Origin: Chiloscyllium plagiosum
Taxonomy: Eukaryota
Reading direction: 5' to 3'
Length of the DNA stretch: 54,476 nt
NCBI RefSeq assembly: GCF_004010195.1
Contig: NC_057718.1
Location: forward strand, 16,832,192 to 16,886,667
Below are positions 1-14,126 of this stretch, in pieces. Each line of letters begins with the position of its first letter. Position 1 is the stretch's first letter. The position numbers were made by a program, and so were the translations under genes. The notes under the pieces were generated by a model. That model worked only from the letters and a program-made list of their open reading frames with translations. It did not search any database and was not told the DNA's origin.

Positions 1-2280
1 CCAAAAATGTCAGGGCATAGTAAGCTATGGACCAAGTGCAGATAACTGGGATTAATGTAGTTTGGTGTTTGTTGGCTAGCATAGACATGGTGGGCCAAAG
101 GACCTACTTCTGTGCTGAATGGCTCTATCAGATTATGACTGACACAAACTCTGGCACATTTTTAAAAAATTCATCCATGGGATGTGGGCATTGCTGGCTG
201 GTCAAACATTTATTTCCTATTCCTAGTTATCCTTGAGAAGCTGGTGGTGAGCTGCCTTCTTGAACCACTGCAAGTCTTTTGGTGTAGGTCGACCCACAAT
301 GCCACTGGGGAAGAAATTCTATGATTTGCAAGTCAGAATGGTGAGTGCCTTGGAGGGGAACTTGCAGGTGGTGGCTTCCATGTATCTGTGGTTGTGGTCT
401 TTTTAGATGGTAGTGGGTTTGGAAGGTGTTGTGGATAAATCATCACGCGTTTCCTTTAATTTTGCGACTTATTATCAAATCTCAGTTGATCAGAACTGAA
501 ATAATGATTTAAACTTTATTGAATGTAGCAACCAAAATAAGACCTCTAAACTAGGAAAGTAAAGCCTCACCACTCAACTTGGCTTTTATCTGATTTAGGA
601 TGGAATTTAGCCAAGATTCCACCAAATGTCTGTCTCTGGAAGTATCCAGGGTTTGACCCTTGTGCAGTGTTGTTCTTCAAAGTTCTGCTACACTGGTTTG
701 TTCTGGTGGTGGGGAAATTGTAGCAGTACATCTGTAGATAGCACACACAGCGGATGCTGAGCATTGGTAGAGAGAGCGAATGTTTGTGAACATGATGCCA
801 TTCAAGTGGACAGCTTTGTCCTAGCGATATCCAGCTTCTAAAGCATTATTGGAACTGCACCCATTCAGGCAAGTGGAGAGTATTCCATCACATTCTTAAC
901 ATGTGCTTTGTGGAGAGGGTTTGGGGAATCAGAAGGGGAGGTATTAGCTGTAGGATTCCTATCTACCGTCCTGCTGTTGCTTATTATTCCAGGATTTTTA
1001 TTGATGACAGGGAGCCATATTTTGCCATTTCACACACTTTTCACAAAGAAGCAACAAATTTTAACAAAAACTAATATACACTTTGCAGTTCAGTAGTAGT
1101 CTCATAGTGGTGACTTGACAAATACCACTGGGATTAAAAATGATTATAGGTAATGCCTTCTGTATTAATGCTACAATAAACAAATACTAAGAATCAAGCA
1201 ACATGCTGCCCACCAGAAAGGTCAGAAGTAAAAAGATGACTGCAGAAAAAACTAAAGTTAAAAATATGAACTAATGGCTTATAATCACAAGTCTAGTTAA
1301 ATATCAGTGATCTCTTAGATATCGCAGGGCGCTTGAACAATTGGGTAATGGTGTGATTAGACATTCACGGCTGGATTTGTTTTATTTCAGATAAATGTTT
1401 CGTCCTCTTTTAATCACAACAAATAACATTCCAACAGTAAATCAATACTATGGCTAACCACATGGGGGAGCCCCTCAGCAATACTAAACCTAACCATACA
1501 ATAGAAAAGTGCTAACATAATTATACACATTTGAAAATAAGCATAAATATTTTGCTACTACATTTAAACTGTAATAATGTAACAAACAACTATATTAATA
1601 TATTAACCTCTGCGATATTTAAAGTGCATAAACCTTTGCAATTGCTGATTGTATTGATGGTTAAAGTGTGTCTAAGTGAGAATTTCATTAATCTGACGAC
1701 AGGTTTCCACGTGCCCAAATTCTATTGAATTGTAAATCTATGCAGAAGTAATGATAATGTGTTAAACATTTTTAAGTGAATGTATAAATATTTATTGATG
1801 AGATTTATAGATTTAGTTTACACAAATAATTCAATGCAATTGATATTTGAGAAAGATGGTTACTGGTTTGGTTAATTATCAAAACATGAGAACTAGGAGC
1901 AGGGATAGGCAATTCAACCCCTCTGCCCTTTAATATGATCTTGACTGATGGCTAAATCATTTTTACATAAAAAGTATAAAACCACTATGTCTGGAATGCA
2001 ACTGGTCATAAACCAAAATGGAAAAAAAGGTCATCAGTACAAGAAACTCCTCTTAGCTTGGACTTGTCAGTATGGACTTGTCTGCAGTACAACAATCATT
2101 TGACTAACTGACAACTAACAATATTCACATTGTTGATAATACAAGTTACAGAAATGCAAAGATATAATGTATAAGATAAAATATTGGTTGTAATACATAG
2201 GAGGTGAGTGCTATCAACTGACACTCACAACCAATTTTAAAGAGTACAGCAGTTCAGGCAGCATCCAAGGAGCTTCGAAA

Positions 2281-2311
2281 TCGACGTTTCGGACAAAAGC
2301 CCTTCATCAGG
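2281..2311 (-). ncRNA. Minimal hammerhead ribozyme motif, intact core, sense to SDCCAG8 intron 3 (within PLE tail 2246-2311)
   Basis: C-CUGAUGA-A-GGGC(UUUU)GUCC-GAAA-CG-UC^GA; helix I truncated by the insertion boundary. Confidence 0.55.
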
Positions 2312-3336
2312 CAACACCAGCCCAAGCCAGAATCCTGCTCTAGGCTACACTAGCCCATGCCATGCCAGGGGCCTACTTGACAAGGAAGTGAGAGTCCTAC
2401 TTCAGGCTTTCCAAGCCAGCTGACTCTGTCGCCATGCTGCCTCTGAAGACCCATCACCCTGGAGCCCATCAAAGCCACCTTTCTACCGAAGAGTTCTCTT
2501 TACCAGGTAGGTTTGAGTGAAAACTAAATTAAACAGAGAAAAGAAGGGGGAGAAAAGGAAAAAGAAAAAGACAAAAGCAGACGAAGAGGATAAGCGTGAA
2601 CACAGAGGCATAGATATTGCCTATTCCACTACCATTTTGAATATTTTAATTTCACTTTGTTGTGATATCAAATGTTAGCAAATCTCATTTGGTCTTGCTT
2701 GCTATTCCTATTCTGTAACAGTTGCTTATTTTCTTCTTATTCTCTTCACTTAAAAGGACTCAAGTCATCTAGGATATTTCAGACTATGAACCTCACTACA
2801 ATCATTGTTGACGAAGGTCCATGATCATTTGTTAAAAAATCTACTGTTAGGATTAACTTTCTTTTCCGTTTGAGATGTAGTGGTCTAACTTTAGATTTAG
2901 TGAAACATTTTGGTTTCTTCACGGTTACGATTCACTATTAAGTGCCATTCCTTCGCAAGGACGGGACACAGTTGCATTACTGAGAAAGTTTGCTGTATTT
3001 TCCATGCCTTCCTCCTAACATACACAACAAAACAGCATTGCATTATTCTGGTGACTCGCTTTAGAACAAATAGTTCACTAATGCAATGTGTAAAACCAAA
3101 TAAAAGTTAAGGATGTGATCTTGACTGGATTAGAATTCCAGTATTCCACAACAAAAGCAACTAAGACAGTACTGAACTAATTTTATGCTTTCCTGCTATA
3201 CACCAAGTAGGCAAATGTAAACCAATAAACTTGCAACTGGAGCATACAAAAAACTTGCAGTCTAAAACCCAATTTTCAAGAAAATTTCAACTTGTTTATT
3301 TAAACATTAATATTCTCTTTTTTACTTGTGTATTAC

Positions 3337-3419
3337 CATGGGATGTGTGCTGGTCGTAGCTGCTGAACTTGGTCTTTCTTCCATTTCTTGATGTCGCAAG
3401 AGGGCTCGGAGTTCATTAA
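3337..3419 (-). CDS. SDCCAG8: SDCCAG8 coding exon 3 (VNELRALLRHQEMEERPSSAATTSTHPM)
   Basis: Acceptor tttttgatacag, donor ATG|GTAATA; 83 nt, phase 1-0, continuing the exon 2 frame. Matches recalled human VNQLKDLLRQQ. Confidence 0.85.
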
Positions 3420-4295
3420 CTGTATCAAAAAGATGTTATTATCTAACATGATCCATTTTAACAGCAAATATACTTTGCACACTAACAGTAAATAAGTGGA
3501 CATAAATTCACAACAAGTTAAATGCAATATCAGCCTGAATAATGGCAAACATAAAATTGATAATCTAACAGAGTTTTTAACTATTGATAGCAATATAATA
3601 TAAATTAAGTCATAGTGTAGGCAAAAATAAGGAGGTAACATTTGGCCCACAAATAAAATAATTCTAGTTATCAGGATAGGACTCTTATGCAAAGTTGGGT
3701 AACTCGCAAGACATTACGATTTCATCAAAAGCAAAATGTTAGAAATATTAAGAAAAATACAATGTTGGAAATACTCAGCAGGTCAGCCTGTATTTGTGGA
3801 AAGATAAGCAGTTAACATTTCAGATCAAAAAATTTCCAAAGGTCACGGATCGGAATCATTCAGTCTGATCTTCCAACCTCTGGAAATTTGGAGACCAGAA
3901 ACAAAACAGATTCATATTAGGACCATGCGAAAGTCCTGATACATTGACTCTGAGAATTGCACATGAAGTTTGAACCTCTGGTTTGAACCTAAGGAATTCC
4001 ACTAGTTCCCAGGAACCTCTGAAAAATTCTCCAACTCTGCATTGTGGACAGTTCCAATTTACTAACCCAAGTCATTACTCAGAACGCATTAGATAGAAAT
4101 TGCCTAGTGCAAATAATTAGTTACAACTACATCCAAATCCCCAGTCCCAACTCCAACCTCAAAATTTCCTGACATGTCCACAACATTCAGTTCCTCCCTG
4201 AAACCTCCCACTCACACCCCGCGACTCCACCATCCAAGTTTCCCTGTAACACCTTCACTGAACCACTACCAACTCTTCAGACACTATTTTTTCCT

Positions 4296-6890
4296 AGTCG
4301 AAAAGAGTGGCGCTGGAAAAGCACAGGAGGTCAGGCAGCAACAAAGGAGCAAGAGAGTTGATGTTTCAGGCATAAACACTTCATCAGGAATGTGAAGAAG
4401 GAAGGGGGCTGACAGATAAATGGGAGGGGGTAGTGGTGGGGCTGTGGGGAAGGTAGCTGGGAAGGCGATAGGTGGATACAGGTGGGGGGCAATTGTGATA
4501 GGTTTGTGGGGAGGGTGGAGTGGGCAGGTGGGAAGGAAAATGGACAGGTAGGACAGGTCAAGATGCAGTGCTGAATTGGAGGGTTAGATCTGGGATGAGA
4601 TGGATGGAGGGGAGAATCAACTAGGTAAAAACAAGGACTGCATCAATCAACCACACCACCCTGTGGCCCAACATTTCAATTCCCCCTCCCACTCTGCTGA
4701 GGACATGGAGGTCCTGGGCCTCCTTAATCGCCGCTTCCTCACGACCCGACGCCTGGAGGAAGAACGTCTTATCTTCTGCCTAGGAACACTTCAACCACAG
4801 GGCATCAATGTGGACTTCACCAGTTTCCTCATTTCCCCTTTCCCCACCTCACCCCAGTTCCAAACTTCCAGCTCAGCACTGTCCCTATGACTTGTCCTAC
4901 CTGCCTATCTTCCTTTCCACCTATCCACTCCACCCTCCTCCCTGACCTATCACCTCCATCCCCACCCCCATTCACCTATTGTATTGAATGCTACTGTCTC
5001 CCCACTCCCACCCTCCTCTCATTTATCGCTCCACCCTGCAGGCACTCTGCCTGTATTCCTGATGAAAGGCTTTTGCCCAAAACGTCGATTTTCCTGCTCC
5101 TTGGATGCTGCCTGAACTGCTGTGCTTTTCCAGCACTTTAATCTAGGATGGAGGGGAGATTTGGAAACTAGTGAAGTCGATGTTGATGCCTTGTAGTTGA
5201 AGGGCCCCAAGGTGGAAGAGGAGGCATTCTTCCTCCATTCAGCAGGTGTCTAGGATTTGATGGTTTGACGTTTGATTTGACGTTTGCTGAAATGCTCCAC
5301 AAGTTGGCATCTTGGCACCCTGATGTAGAAGAGACAATGTTGAGAGCAACAGACACAATAGATGAGGTGGGTAGATGTACAGTTAAATCTCTGCTGGATG
5401 TGAAAAGATCCTTTGGGGATCTGGACGGAGGTGAGGGGGAGGAAGTGTGGGCGCAGGTTGTACATCTAGTCCGGCGGCAAAGGAAACTGCCGGGTGTGGA
5501 GGGTGGGTTGGTGGAGGGCTTGGACCTAACCAGAGAGTCATGGAAGGAATGGTCTCTGCAGAATGCAGACAGGGTGGGGAGGGAAATAGATCTTTGGTGG
5601 CGGGGTCTAATTGTAGGTGGTGGAGGATAATGTGCTGTATCTGGAGCTTTGAGGGATGGAAGAGGAGGACTAGTGGATTTCTATCCTTGTTGTGGTTGGA
5701 AGAGTGGGGTTCAAGGGCAGAGGCGCGGGAAGTGGAGGAGATGTGCTGAAGGGTATTGTTGATCACCTGGGAGAGGACATTGCAGTCCTTGAAATAGATG
5801 GTCATCTGAGATATCCTGGAGTACAATTGCTCCTCCCGGTAGCACATACAGTGGAGGTATTGGGAATAAGGGATCATGTTTTTATTGGTGGGGGGGGTGG
5901 GGGGAGGAGGTGAGGTGGGAGGAGATGTAGTCAAGGTACCTGTGAGAGTCAGTGAGTTTGAAATATAGATAGGCAGAAGTGGGTACTGCAGAAACTGGAG
6001 ATTAGAGTCAAGATTAGAGTGGTGCAGGCAAAGCACAGCAGGTCAGGCAGCATCCAAGGAGCAGGGGAAAAAAAAAAAATTCGATGTTTTGGGCAAAAGC
6101 CTTTCATCAGGAATCAGGATTTGAAATGGATGTCCATGTTGAGTTGGTCGCCAGAGATATAGAGACAGAGAAGTCCAGGAAGGGGAGGGAGGTGTCAGAG
6201 ATGATCCATGTGAACTTAAAAAAGGTGAGAGTGGAAAGCGTTTGTGAGGTTGATAAACTGTTTAACCACCTCGTGGGAGCACAAGGTGGTGCCGATAAAG
6301 TCATCAATGTAGCAGAGGAAAAAGGTGGGGTATGATGCCTGTATAACTGCGGAAGATGGACTGTTCCACATATCCTATGAAGGGGCAGGCATAGCTGGGG
6401 CCCGTGTGGTGCTCAAGGCTACCCCTTTGGTCTGAAGGAAGTGGGAGGATTCTAAGGAGAAGTTGTTGAGGGTGAGGACCAGTTCTGCCAATCGAATGAG
6501 TGTGTCAGTGGAGGGGTCCTGGTTAGGTCGGCGGGAGAGGAAGAAACGGAGGGCTTGGGACACCTTTGCCATGGTGGATGGACATGTATAAAGGACTAGT
6601 GAAGAAGAAGCATTGGGGGCTGGGGAAGCATAGGTTATGGAGGAGGTGGAGGGCATGGGTGGTATCCAAAATGGATGTGGGGAGTTCCTGGTCCACCGGG
6701 GACAGGACGGTGTTGAGATAGGTTGAGTGGGGCAGGAGCAGGCGGAAACGATAGGTCAACTGGGGCAGTCAAGTTTGTGGATCTTGGATAAAAAGAACCG
6801 GGCAGTGCAGAACTGTGAGGTTAGAGGCTGTGGATGGAAGATCCCGTGAGGTGATGAAGTTGTAGATGGCCTGGGAGATGATGCAATTTC
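4296..6890 (-). mobile_element. Degenerate Penelope-like retroelement (RT + GIY-YIG remnants) with two nested younger PLE tail insertions
   Basis: Minus-strand fragments TLIRLAELVLTLNNFSLESSHFLQTKGVA, FKFTWIISDTSLPFLD, MIPYSQYL and FNCTSTHLIYCVCC; frameshifted. Same 3' tail as other PLE copies. Confidence 0.85.
4616..5145 (+). mobile_element. PLE 3' fragment inserted antisense into the older PLE, 14-bp TSD
   Basis: Encodes the GIY-YIG C-terminus (HPVAQHFNSPSHS...RRLEEERLIFCLGTLQPQGIN) plus tail. Flanked by ggatggaggggaga at 4602-4615 and 5146-5159. Confidence 0.85.
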
Positions 6891-7619
6891 TGTTTTTGTT
6901 TCAACCAACCTGACTAACTCCACCAGATGACTCAGATCCAAGCTTCTGATTCACCCCCATCTGCCTCTGATACTACCCACCTCACCAATGTGTTACCCTT
7001 ACCCATTAGTTCAATAAACCCTACCTCCACACCCCACCTGCATTAATACTTATTCAACTATACATTCACTCATTACTCAGCCATACGTATGCGCTAATAT
7101 ACTGAAAAAAACTGTGAACCGATTTTACAGAGAAATCCAAAAATTAGGAGTGATCCAGACAAAAGTAAATGAAGGATGTTATAATCCTATCTTACGTTAA
7201 CACTGGACAAGTCAGATCCTACAGTGAAAGCAGACATCTTAGATCCCAACTTTAAGACAACAAATTTCAAAGATTAATAAATATATATATATTTATTATT
7301 ATGATCCCAGCTGATGTTAATACTGGACAAATTAAATCTCATCGACCATAATTTTCACTTTTGGTTGCTGTAGTGGTCAGTTACTCAACATTGAATTGAA
7401 TTGTTTCAGTCTTCAGTCACATCAAAATGCATGTAAACAAAACACACATCCAGACTTTAACTCACTACACAAAAAACAATTCCAAGATGAAACTAAACCA
7501 CAATTCCCCCATTTCTCAACACAAATATAAAACTATAAATTAAAAACACGAAGCTTTACATTTGTTCTTAACAAATGGAACTGCCCCATTGGCAGAAGGG
7601 TTGAAAACCAGAAGACAAT

Positions 7620-8290
7620 TTAATTTACTATAAGTACCAATGGCAATGTCCAATCATCTTCAGTTGCTTCATCAATGAGCTATACTCTATAATAAAAAAG
7701 GTCAAAAGTGGGATTGTGCGTGGATGATTGCACAACGTTCATTACCACTCATGACTCCTCAGACGCTGGAAAGGTTCATGTTAAATGCAGGTATACTTGG
7801 ACCAACACCCAGGTTTGTGCCCAACAAGTGCAAAATAAAATTTGCATAACAAATCTCAGCCAATGGCCATCTCCAACGAGGGAAAATCTAACCATCACCT
7901 CTTGACATTCACCACTGAAACCCCCACTACCAACAACCTTGGGGTTCCTATCAACCAGAAACTGAATTGGACAAGCAGCTCCAACAACACTCAAGGAGGT
8001 TAGACACCATCCAGGACAAAACAGCCTGCTTCATTGGCAACAGATCCAAATATTCAGTCCCTCTATCACCAACACTCAGCATCAGTAATATGCATTATCT
8101 ACGAGATGCAGTGCAGAAATTCACCAAAAGATCCTTAGACAGCATCTTCAAAATACACAACTACCTAGAAGAAGGACAAGGGCAGCAAATTCACAGGAGC
8201 ACTAACATCTGAAAGTTCCCTCACCGTCTGACTTGGAACTATAAATCAATATTTTATTGTTGCTGTATCAAAACCTAAAACTGTCTTCCA
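7620..8290 (+). mobile_element. Old CR1-clade LINE RT fragment (related pieces at ~165-960 minus and ~33960-34205 plus)
   Basis: DDCTTF..., caggtttgtgcccaacaagtgcaa and NLGVPINQKLNWT-type remnants. Confidence 0.55.
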
Positions 8291-8649
8291 TATAGCATAT
8301 CGACAAAGTTTATATTCCTTGAATAAACAGAGACAAACTTTTAAGAGTTGCAACAAAAATATAAAATTTAAAAATCCTTGCAATAGACTCTTGTAACATA
8401 CACAAAAAGATATAATTGTTGCCATTAGGCACAGTATATTATAACAGGCAGTAGTTACAATCTACCCCAAAAAACACAACATTCAGTCTAAAAACAACAG
8501 GTAGACAATAATTTTAAAAAGAAGCAAAGCTTCAGTCTCAAAAACTAAAATCTCGAATCCAAACAAGAACAATTAATTGAACAGGGTACTCCATGTTCTG
8601 CAAACTCAACATTTTTACAATAGGCATAATAAGGATGACAGCCTTTGAT

Positions 8650-9310
8650 AATTGTGACATCCGTGCTATCCTTGTACATAAGGCAATATTCATTCCAACT
8701 CTTCCATATGGCTCCAAAACGTGGTATAGACATCACCTGAAACTCTGAGAAATACCATCATTTTTGTTTGAGACCAAGTTTCTGCATCAGCTGGGGGTAA
8801 CATCAGCATCCTTAAAGCAACCAACAGCAGCAACGTTACATTCATCCGAAACCAACTCCGCTGGGCCAGCCAAGTGCTTAGGATATTCAACTGCCAAATT
8901 AAATCCTTTTCACCCAGCTCAGGGAAGGCATGAGAGGAAGACCAACCAAGCATTTCAAAGTCTGCCTGAAGGCCTCCTTTAAAAAAAAGGCAACAAGGAT
9001 GTCAGCGCATAGGAGACCGTCATTCACATGAAATCATCTTGGGAGGAAGCAATTGCATGAAGGGACACAATTCTTTGAGAACACTCACTGGGAGGCAGAA
9101 GTAAAGGAACCAGAGAGAGATATGCCAGCAATTTTAATGCCAAGGACCAATTCAACCTTCCAGAAACACCTGCCAAATGTACGATGGGAACTGCAGATCT
9201 GGAATCAGGCTCATCACCCAGCAATGATCCATAGAACCAAATGATCAGTGACATGGAATTTCCTAGTTGGGCAATCATACTCATTAGCAAGTGATTGCCA
9301 ATGATTACAA
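8650..9310 (+). mobile_element. RTE-type LINE 3' fragment, degenerate (similar piece ~33110-33740)
   Basis: Plus frame LYKAIFIPTLPYGSKTWYRHHLKL resembles RTE YKAVVLPTLLYGSETW; downstream QLRWA and CxxC-like remnants. Confidence 0.6.
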
Positions 9311-9791
9311 TAAGGCAGCTCTTCCTAGAGGTCTTTTGGCGCCTGGTTGATGCCTTGTAACACAAATCTGAAATAATTAATCATATATTAAGAGCTTTTA
9401 CCTCACTGAAGTAGGTTAAGATCAACCTACATTCAACAACTTGCTCTGAAAGAGCTGATTACATTTTGACAACTGTGACACATTCCATCATAGAATGCCT
9501 GTCGATTGTTTCAAATGCTAAATAAAAACAACCCATAACAGTCTAAAAAAAAATGTTAATTCATCCAAACTCCCAATATTCATGATATAGCAAATTTTGG
9601 GTCCAGGTTTTGAGCAGCATTTTTGGCAAAACTTAATCTGTCTTTCCTTGGGCCATACACAATGTGCCAAGTTTTGTTGACATTCATTGAGTAGCTCTTG
9701 AGATATACTGTTCACAAACAAACAGCCTAAGAAACCAGAGAAATACCATAACCTTCAGTGATAGAGGCTCTAAACATTAGTCAGTGATCAC

Positions 9792-9968
9792 CTGCATGAC
9801 TGTGCTTTAGCTCTTGCCATGCCACTTGACTGTGACATTGTCTTGTCCTTGGGGGACTTATTGAATTTGTCTGGATGCTGTCAGCTTCTGGAGGTAGTTC
9901 TGACGATTCTGTCTGATTTTTTTCTTCTAGAGTACACTTCAATTTCTGGATGCTTTCATTAGCCCTTT
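9792..9968 (-). CDS. SDCCAG8: SDCCAG8 coding exon 2 (ERANESIQKLKCTLEE...VAWQELKHSHA)
   Basis: Acceptor cttggcttgcag, donor GCA G|GTGATC; 177 nt open frame, phase 1-1. Matches recalled human EHASRSIHQLTCALKE...TAWPELQQSHA. Lies within ORF 9781..10131. Confidence 0.9.
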
Positions 9969-10299
9969 CTGCAAGCCAAGGTAGGAAAAATAGTAATACA
10001 AAAGAGGCAGAATGAACCCAATTTCTAATGCAGACACCTTTATGATCACTTACATTTAAAAATAAATAAACCATGCTTTCAGTGTAGAAGGACCTTGTCT
10101 TCATCAGTATTCTTAATGTCAAGTGGACCAAGTAAACTCAATGAAAAGTCCGAGGTAGAAGCAAAAATGGGGTAACTGGTAGAAGTGGCAACAACTTACC
10201 TTATGTCATTGTCAAGTCACTAAAGATGATAAGACAGTCAGATTCTCATCTTCAGTCGAAAAACACATATTTATATATCACATTTTAAAAAAAACACAC

Positions 10300-11110
10300 C
10301 TCGTGGGGCTTCACGGGAGATTTTGAAGCAAACAACCAAGATTGGTTAAATAGGTAGCATTTAAGGAATGTCTTAAAAGGCAGGAAATGAAACACAAGTG
10401 GGAAGGTTTAGAGGGGGATTTCCACAGCTTAGCAGTTTGGCAGCTGAAGATATGACCAATAAAAATGGAAAATGCTAAAGAGGGGAAAATTAGCAGAGAT
10501 ATCCCAGAGGTTTGTGCTGGAAAGAATTATGGGAGCACTGTGGCCATGGGGAAGTTTTGTAAGCAAGGCTAAGAATTTTATATTGAGAATTTTTATACCT
10601 TGGGAGCAAGCAAGCACACAGGTGATGGCCGAATGGGATTAGGTGCAGCAGATTTGGATGACATCAAGTTTACAATGTAGAGCTGAAGGCTGGCCAGAAT
10701 TGCATTAGAATATTCAAGTTTAGAAGAACAGAAGTATGTATGAGGTTTTCAGCAGCAAGTAACCTGAGGAACAAGTGGAGTTCGGCAATCTAACCACAGG
10801 TGAAAATAGGCAGACTCAGTGATGACACAGAGAAGGGGTGGAAAAATCATTTAATCTTAAAAACAACACTAAGATTGCACAGCAGAGTTCAAATCTCAAA
10901 ATGGTTGAGAATAAGTGGGTTAGAAAGGAGCGGAGTTTGTAGTAAGGACTGATATTTTCCCAAAAGTTAGACTGGAAGACGTTTTTGCTTATCCAATACT
11001 CAACATTGGACAAGAAGCCTGACAAGTTGTGGTACCAATTATTAACATTGCATAGCAACTATCCATTTTGGGGCACAGTTTATTTGCTATTAAAATTAAG
11101 GACATGGGGG
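10300..11110 (-). mobile_element. Old L2-type LINE fragment (other pieces ~32510-32900 and ~43190-43380)
   Basis: Resembles vertebrate L2 RT C-terminus and 3' region (ORF fragment FLSNVEYWISKNVFQ); heavily decayed. Confidence 0.45.
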
Positions 11111-11124
11111 AGGCATTGATGTAA

Positions 11125-11451
11125 TCATAGATCATAGAATCCCTACAGTGTAGAAAAAGGCCCTTCGGCCCAACAAGTCCACACCGACCCTCCAAAGAGT
11201 AACAGGCCGAGACCTATTCCCCATACCTTATATTTACCCTTGACTAATGCACCTGAGGCATCCCTGAGCACTATGGGCAATTTAGCATGGCCAATTCACC
11301 TAACCTGCACATCTTTGGACTGTGGGAGGAAACTCACGCAGACATGGGGAGAATGTCTGTGTGGAGTTTGCACAGTCGCCCAAGACTGGAATTGAACTCG
11401 GGTCCCTGACGCTGTGAGGCAGCAGTGCCAACCACTGAGCCACCATGCCGC
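11125..11451 (-). mobile_element. HE1-type tRNA-derived SINE, full length
   Basis: Minus strand gcggcatggtggctcagtggttggcactgctgcctcacagcgtcagggacccgagttcaattcc (A and B boxes); CR1-like tail ending (tctatga)n. Confidence 0.88.
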
Positions 11452-11913
11452 AAAAGGGCAGACTTGAACGTGAACCAAATTATAAGAACAGGCCACATTA
11501 AGTAAGAGGTTTGGGCATCAGGAAACAAGTAGTAAGATAATCAGGCAAGGTTATGAAAGTGTTTAAGCAAGATCGAATGTGTTAGACCTGATGTACTGTG
11601 AATCAGGTGTTGCTGAAGGCCATTGGAAACGGGAAGGAGCTAGTATACGATAGGATCCGTGCATAAATTTTCAATAAGCTGAACTTTACACAGAATTTAA
11701 AAAATGGGAATCTAACCAGGGCAGTAATGGAATCATTAAAATTGAAAAATTATAGAAGTGAGAAGAAGATTTAATCTGCAAACAGGTTAAATATGGCATG
11801 GGAAATGGTGTGAAGCTGGTATTTGTAAACTGGTCTCAGCTTAAATATGGCATCAAACAGGATGCCTGAAGTGCAGGTGTATTGGTATTTTGCAAATATA
11901 AGCATGAAACGAA

Positions 11914-12593
11914 TGTTATGACATGGGCAAAGCCTCCTGCTTAATTTAAAACCAGCAACACCGAAAAGATTTATCCTGTGCAGCAATTTGTAAAAATTCA
12001 AGTGGGCAAGAACTATTTGAAGTAAAAATTAACAACATTATTTCTTAAAGTATAACAGAAAAATTAACAACATTTACAATTCCTTCCTCTAACCTATCTT
12101 TTACTTTCCCTTCTGCAAACTCCCAATTAACACATAGAAAAATTGAAATTTCAAAACCAGTTATTGGTTGAATCTTCTCTTTATCTTCATTGGTAGATTG
12201 GTTCTCTAGGTCAGTGTTAAGGTTTTTCTTTGTGCAAACTCCTGCTCTTGACAGGTACCTCAGAGTTCTGACAGCAGTCCACGGCTGTTGGTGTGGTGGC
12301 AGTTCTGCTCCCAACTGTTCAATTTTCCCCAGTCTTATACCCCAAAGCGTCAGATTGTGTCACTGGCTTTTAAGATTGTCAATATATTCAATTCAAACTT
12401 GATTGGAATTTGGTATTTTTCAGAGTATACTTTAAACTGATTGGCCTAATTCAAATCTGTTTTGCTGTTCCAGGTAACCAGCTACCCCAGTAGCTGGAGC
12501 ACATGCTACATTGAATCTTATTGAGAACAATTGGTGCTGTCACGGCTAGCTTTTACTCTCTTAAAGGTATAGTACACACACATCATCGTAACA
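11914..12593 (-). mobile_element. Candidate solo LTR
   Basis: TGTTATGA...TCGTAACA ends (7/8 inverted); GGGGTATAAG on minus ~12335-12343. No TSD found. Confidence 0.4.
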
Positions 12594-14004
12594 CAATATC
12601 CAAAGTTGGCAATGAAATGAAAACCCTCAACAAATAAAGCTATGCACATGGTGGGTGGAGTCAAAGTTTCAATCACAGATTGAACGAGTGAGCAAAACTG
12701 TAGCATTTATTCAAAACTGCAATAAAAAGGAGCAGAATTTTAACATTAGGACGAAGGTGTTTGAAATAAAATCAGGAAGCACTTTTCACACAAGTGTAAA
12801 TTTAGAATTCTCTCCCCAAATTGTTGCGAATGCTGGCACAATATTATAAATAGGTATTTTAATATGGGATACAAATAAAATGGTTTAAATGGTTTGATTT
12901 ATTATTGTCACACGTACCTAGGTACAGCAAAAAAGTTTGTTTTGCCTACTGTTCAGCCAGATCAGAGCACACATAGTTCATAAAGGGAATAGAACAGGGT
13001 GAGAAATACAATGTTACGGCTGCAGAGATGGTGCACAAGAAGCAAGATCAATATTAGATTTGAAATTTGAGAGATCCATTCAGAAGTATAACAACAGCAT
13101 GGAAGAAGCTGTTCTTGTACTGGTTGGTACATGTGTTTAAGCTTGTATATCTTTTGCAACAGAATTCTCAACAAAAGAGGTTGGAAGAGATTATAACCAG
13201 GGTCAGAAGGTTCTTGGATGACGTTGGCTGCCTTTCCAAGACTGCAAGAAATGTAGATGGAGTTACACGATGGATGGTTGGCTTGCTTGATGGACTGTGC
13301 AGTATTCGCAACTCTCTGTAGTTTCTTATGGCCCTGAAAAGAGCAGTTTCCATACCAGGCCAAAATAAGTTGGTAGCATCCTTGTGGATGTGCAAAATTT
13401 CCTTAGCCTCCTGAGGAAGTAGAGGCATTGCTTTGCCTTCTTGACCGTCACATCAACATTGGTGGTCCAGGAAAGATTAGTGGTCATCGTCACTCCTAGG
13501 AACATGATGCTCTTGATCATCTCCACCCCAGCTCCATTAATGTAGATAGGAGCGCGCCCCTCCATCTCACTACCTGAAATCAATAGCCAACTCTTTACTT
13601 TTGCTTACGTTGTTATTTTTATACCACACCACCAAGCACACTCTCTCTTTCCCATATTTTGTTTTGTCGTTGTTTGAGATCCAGCCTACAGCAGTGGTGT
13701 CATTAGCAAACTTGTAAATAGAGTTATGACTGTGTGGCTAAATTTCACCCTAAGTGTATAGGAACTACAGTATGCTGAGGCTAAGTGCAGGGGCTGAGTA
13801 TGCAGCCTTGCTGTGCTGAAGATTGTCGTGGAGGTGGTGCTGTTGCCTAACCTCACCGATTGTAGTCTGTGGGTCAGAAAGTTGAGAATCCTGTTGCAGA
13901 GGGCAGAGCCAGAGTTTAAGTTTCAGAATTTGGAGATTAGTGTTGAAGGCAGCGCTGTAGCCAATAAAGTAGAAGGCAAACGTAGGTATCCTTGTTATCC
14001 AGAT

Positions 14005-14126
14005 ATAGTGTTAGGTGCATTAGTCAGAGGGAAATGGGTCTGGGTGGGTTACACTTCGGAAGGTCGATGTGGACTGGTTGGGCCGAAAGGCCTGTTTCCA
14101 CACTGTAGGGAATCTAGAATCTAGAA
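14005..14126 (+). mobile_element. HE1 SINE 3' fragment
   Basis: Matches the reverse complement of 11125-11255; tail aatctagaatctag. Confidence 0.75.

Noticed and set aside
1..3336. SDCCAG8 exon 4 (and CEP170 exon 3 after 50500)
   Set aside because: No sequence found by eye encoding the expected INDQSQYIHHLEAEV-like or SRSVDKQHAVINY-like peptides; these probably lie outside the window.
8545..8736. Cys-rich minus ORF as an SDCCAG8 exon
   Set aside because: Overlaps the antisense of an RTE fragment; exons 2 and 3 already join in frame with expected homology.
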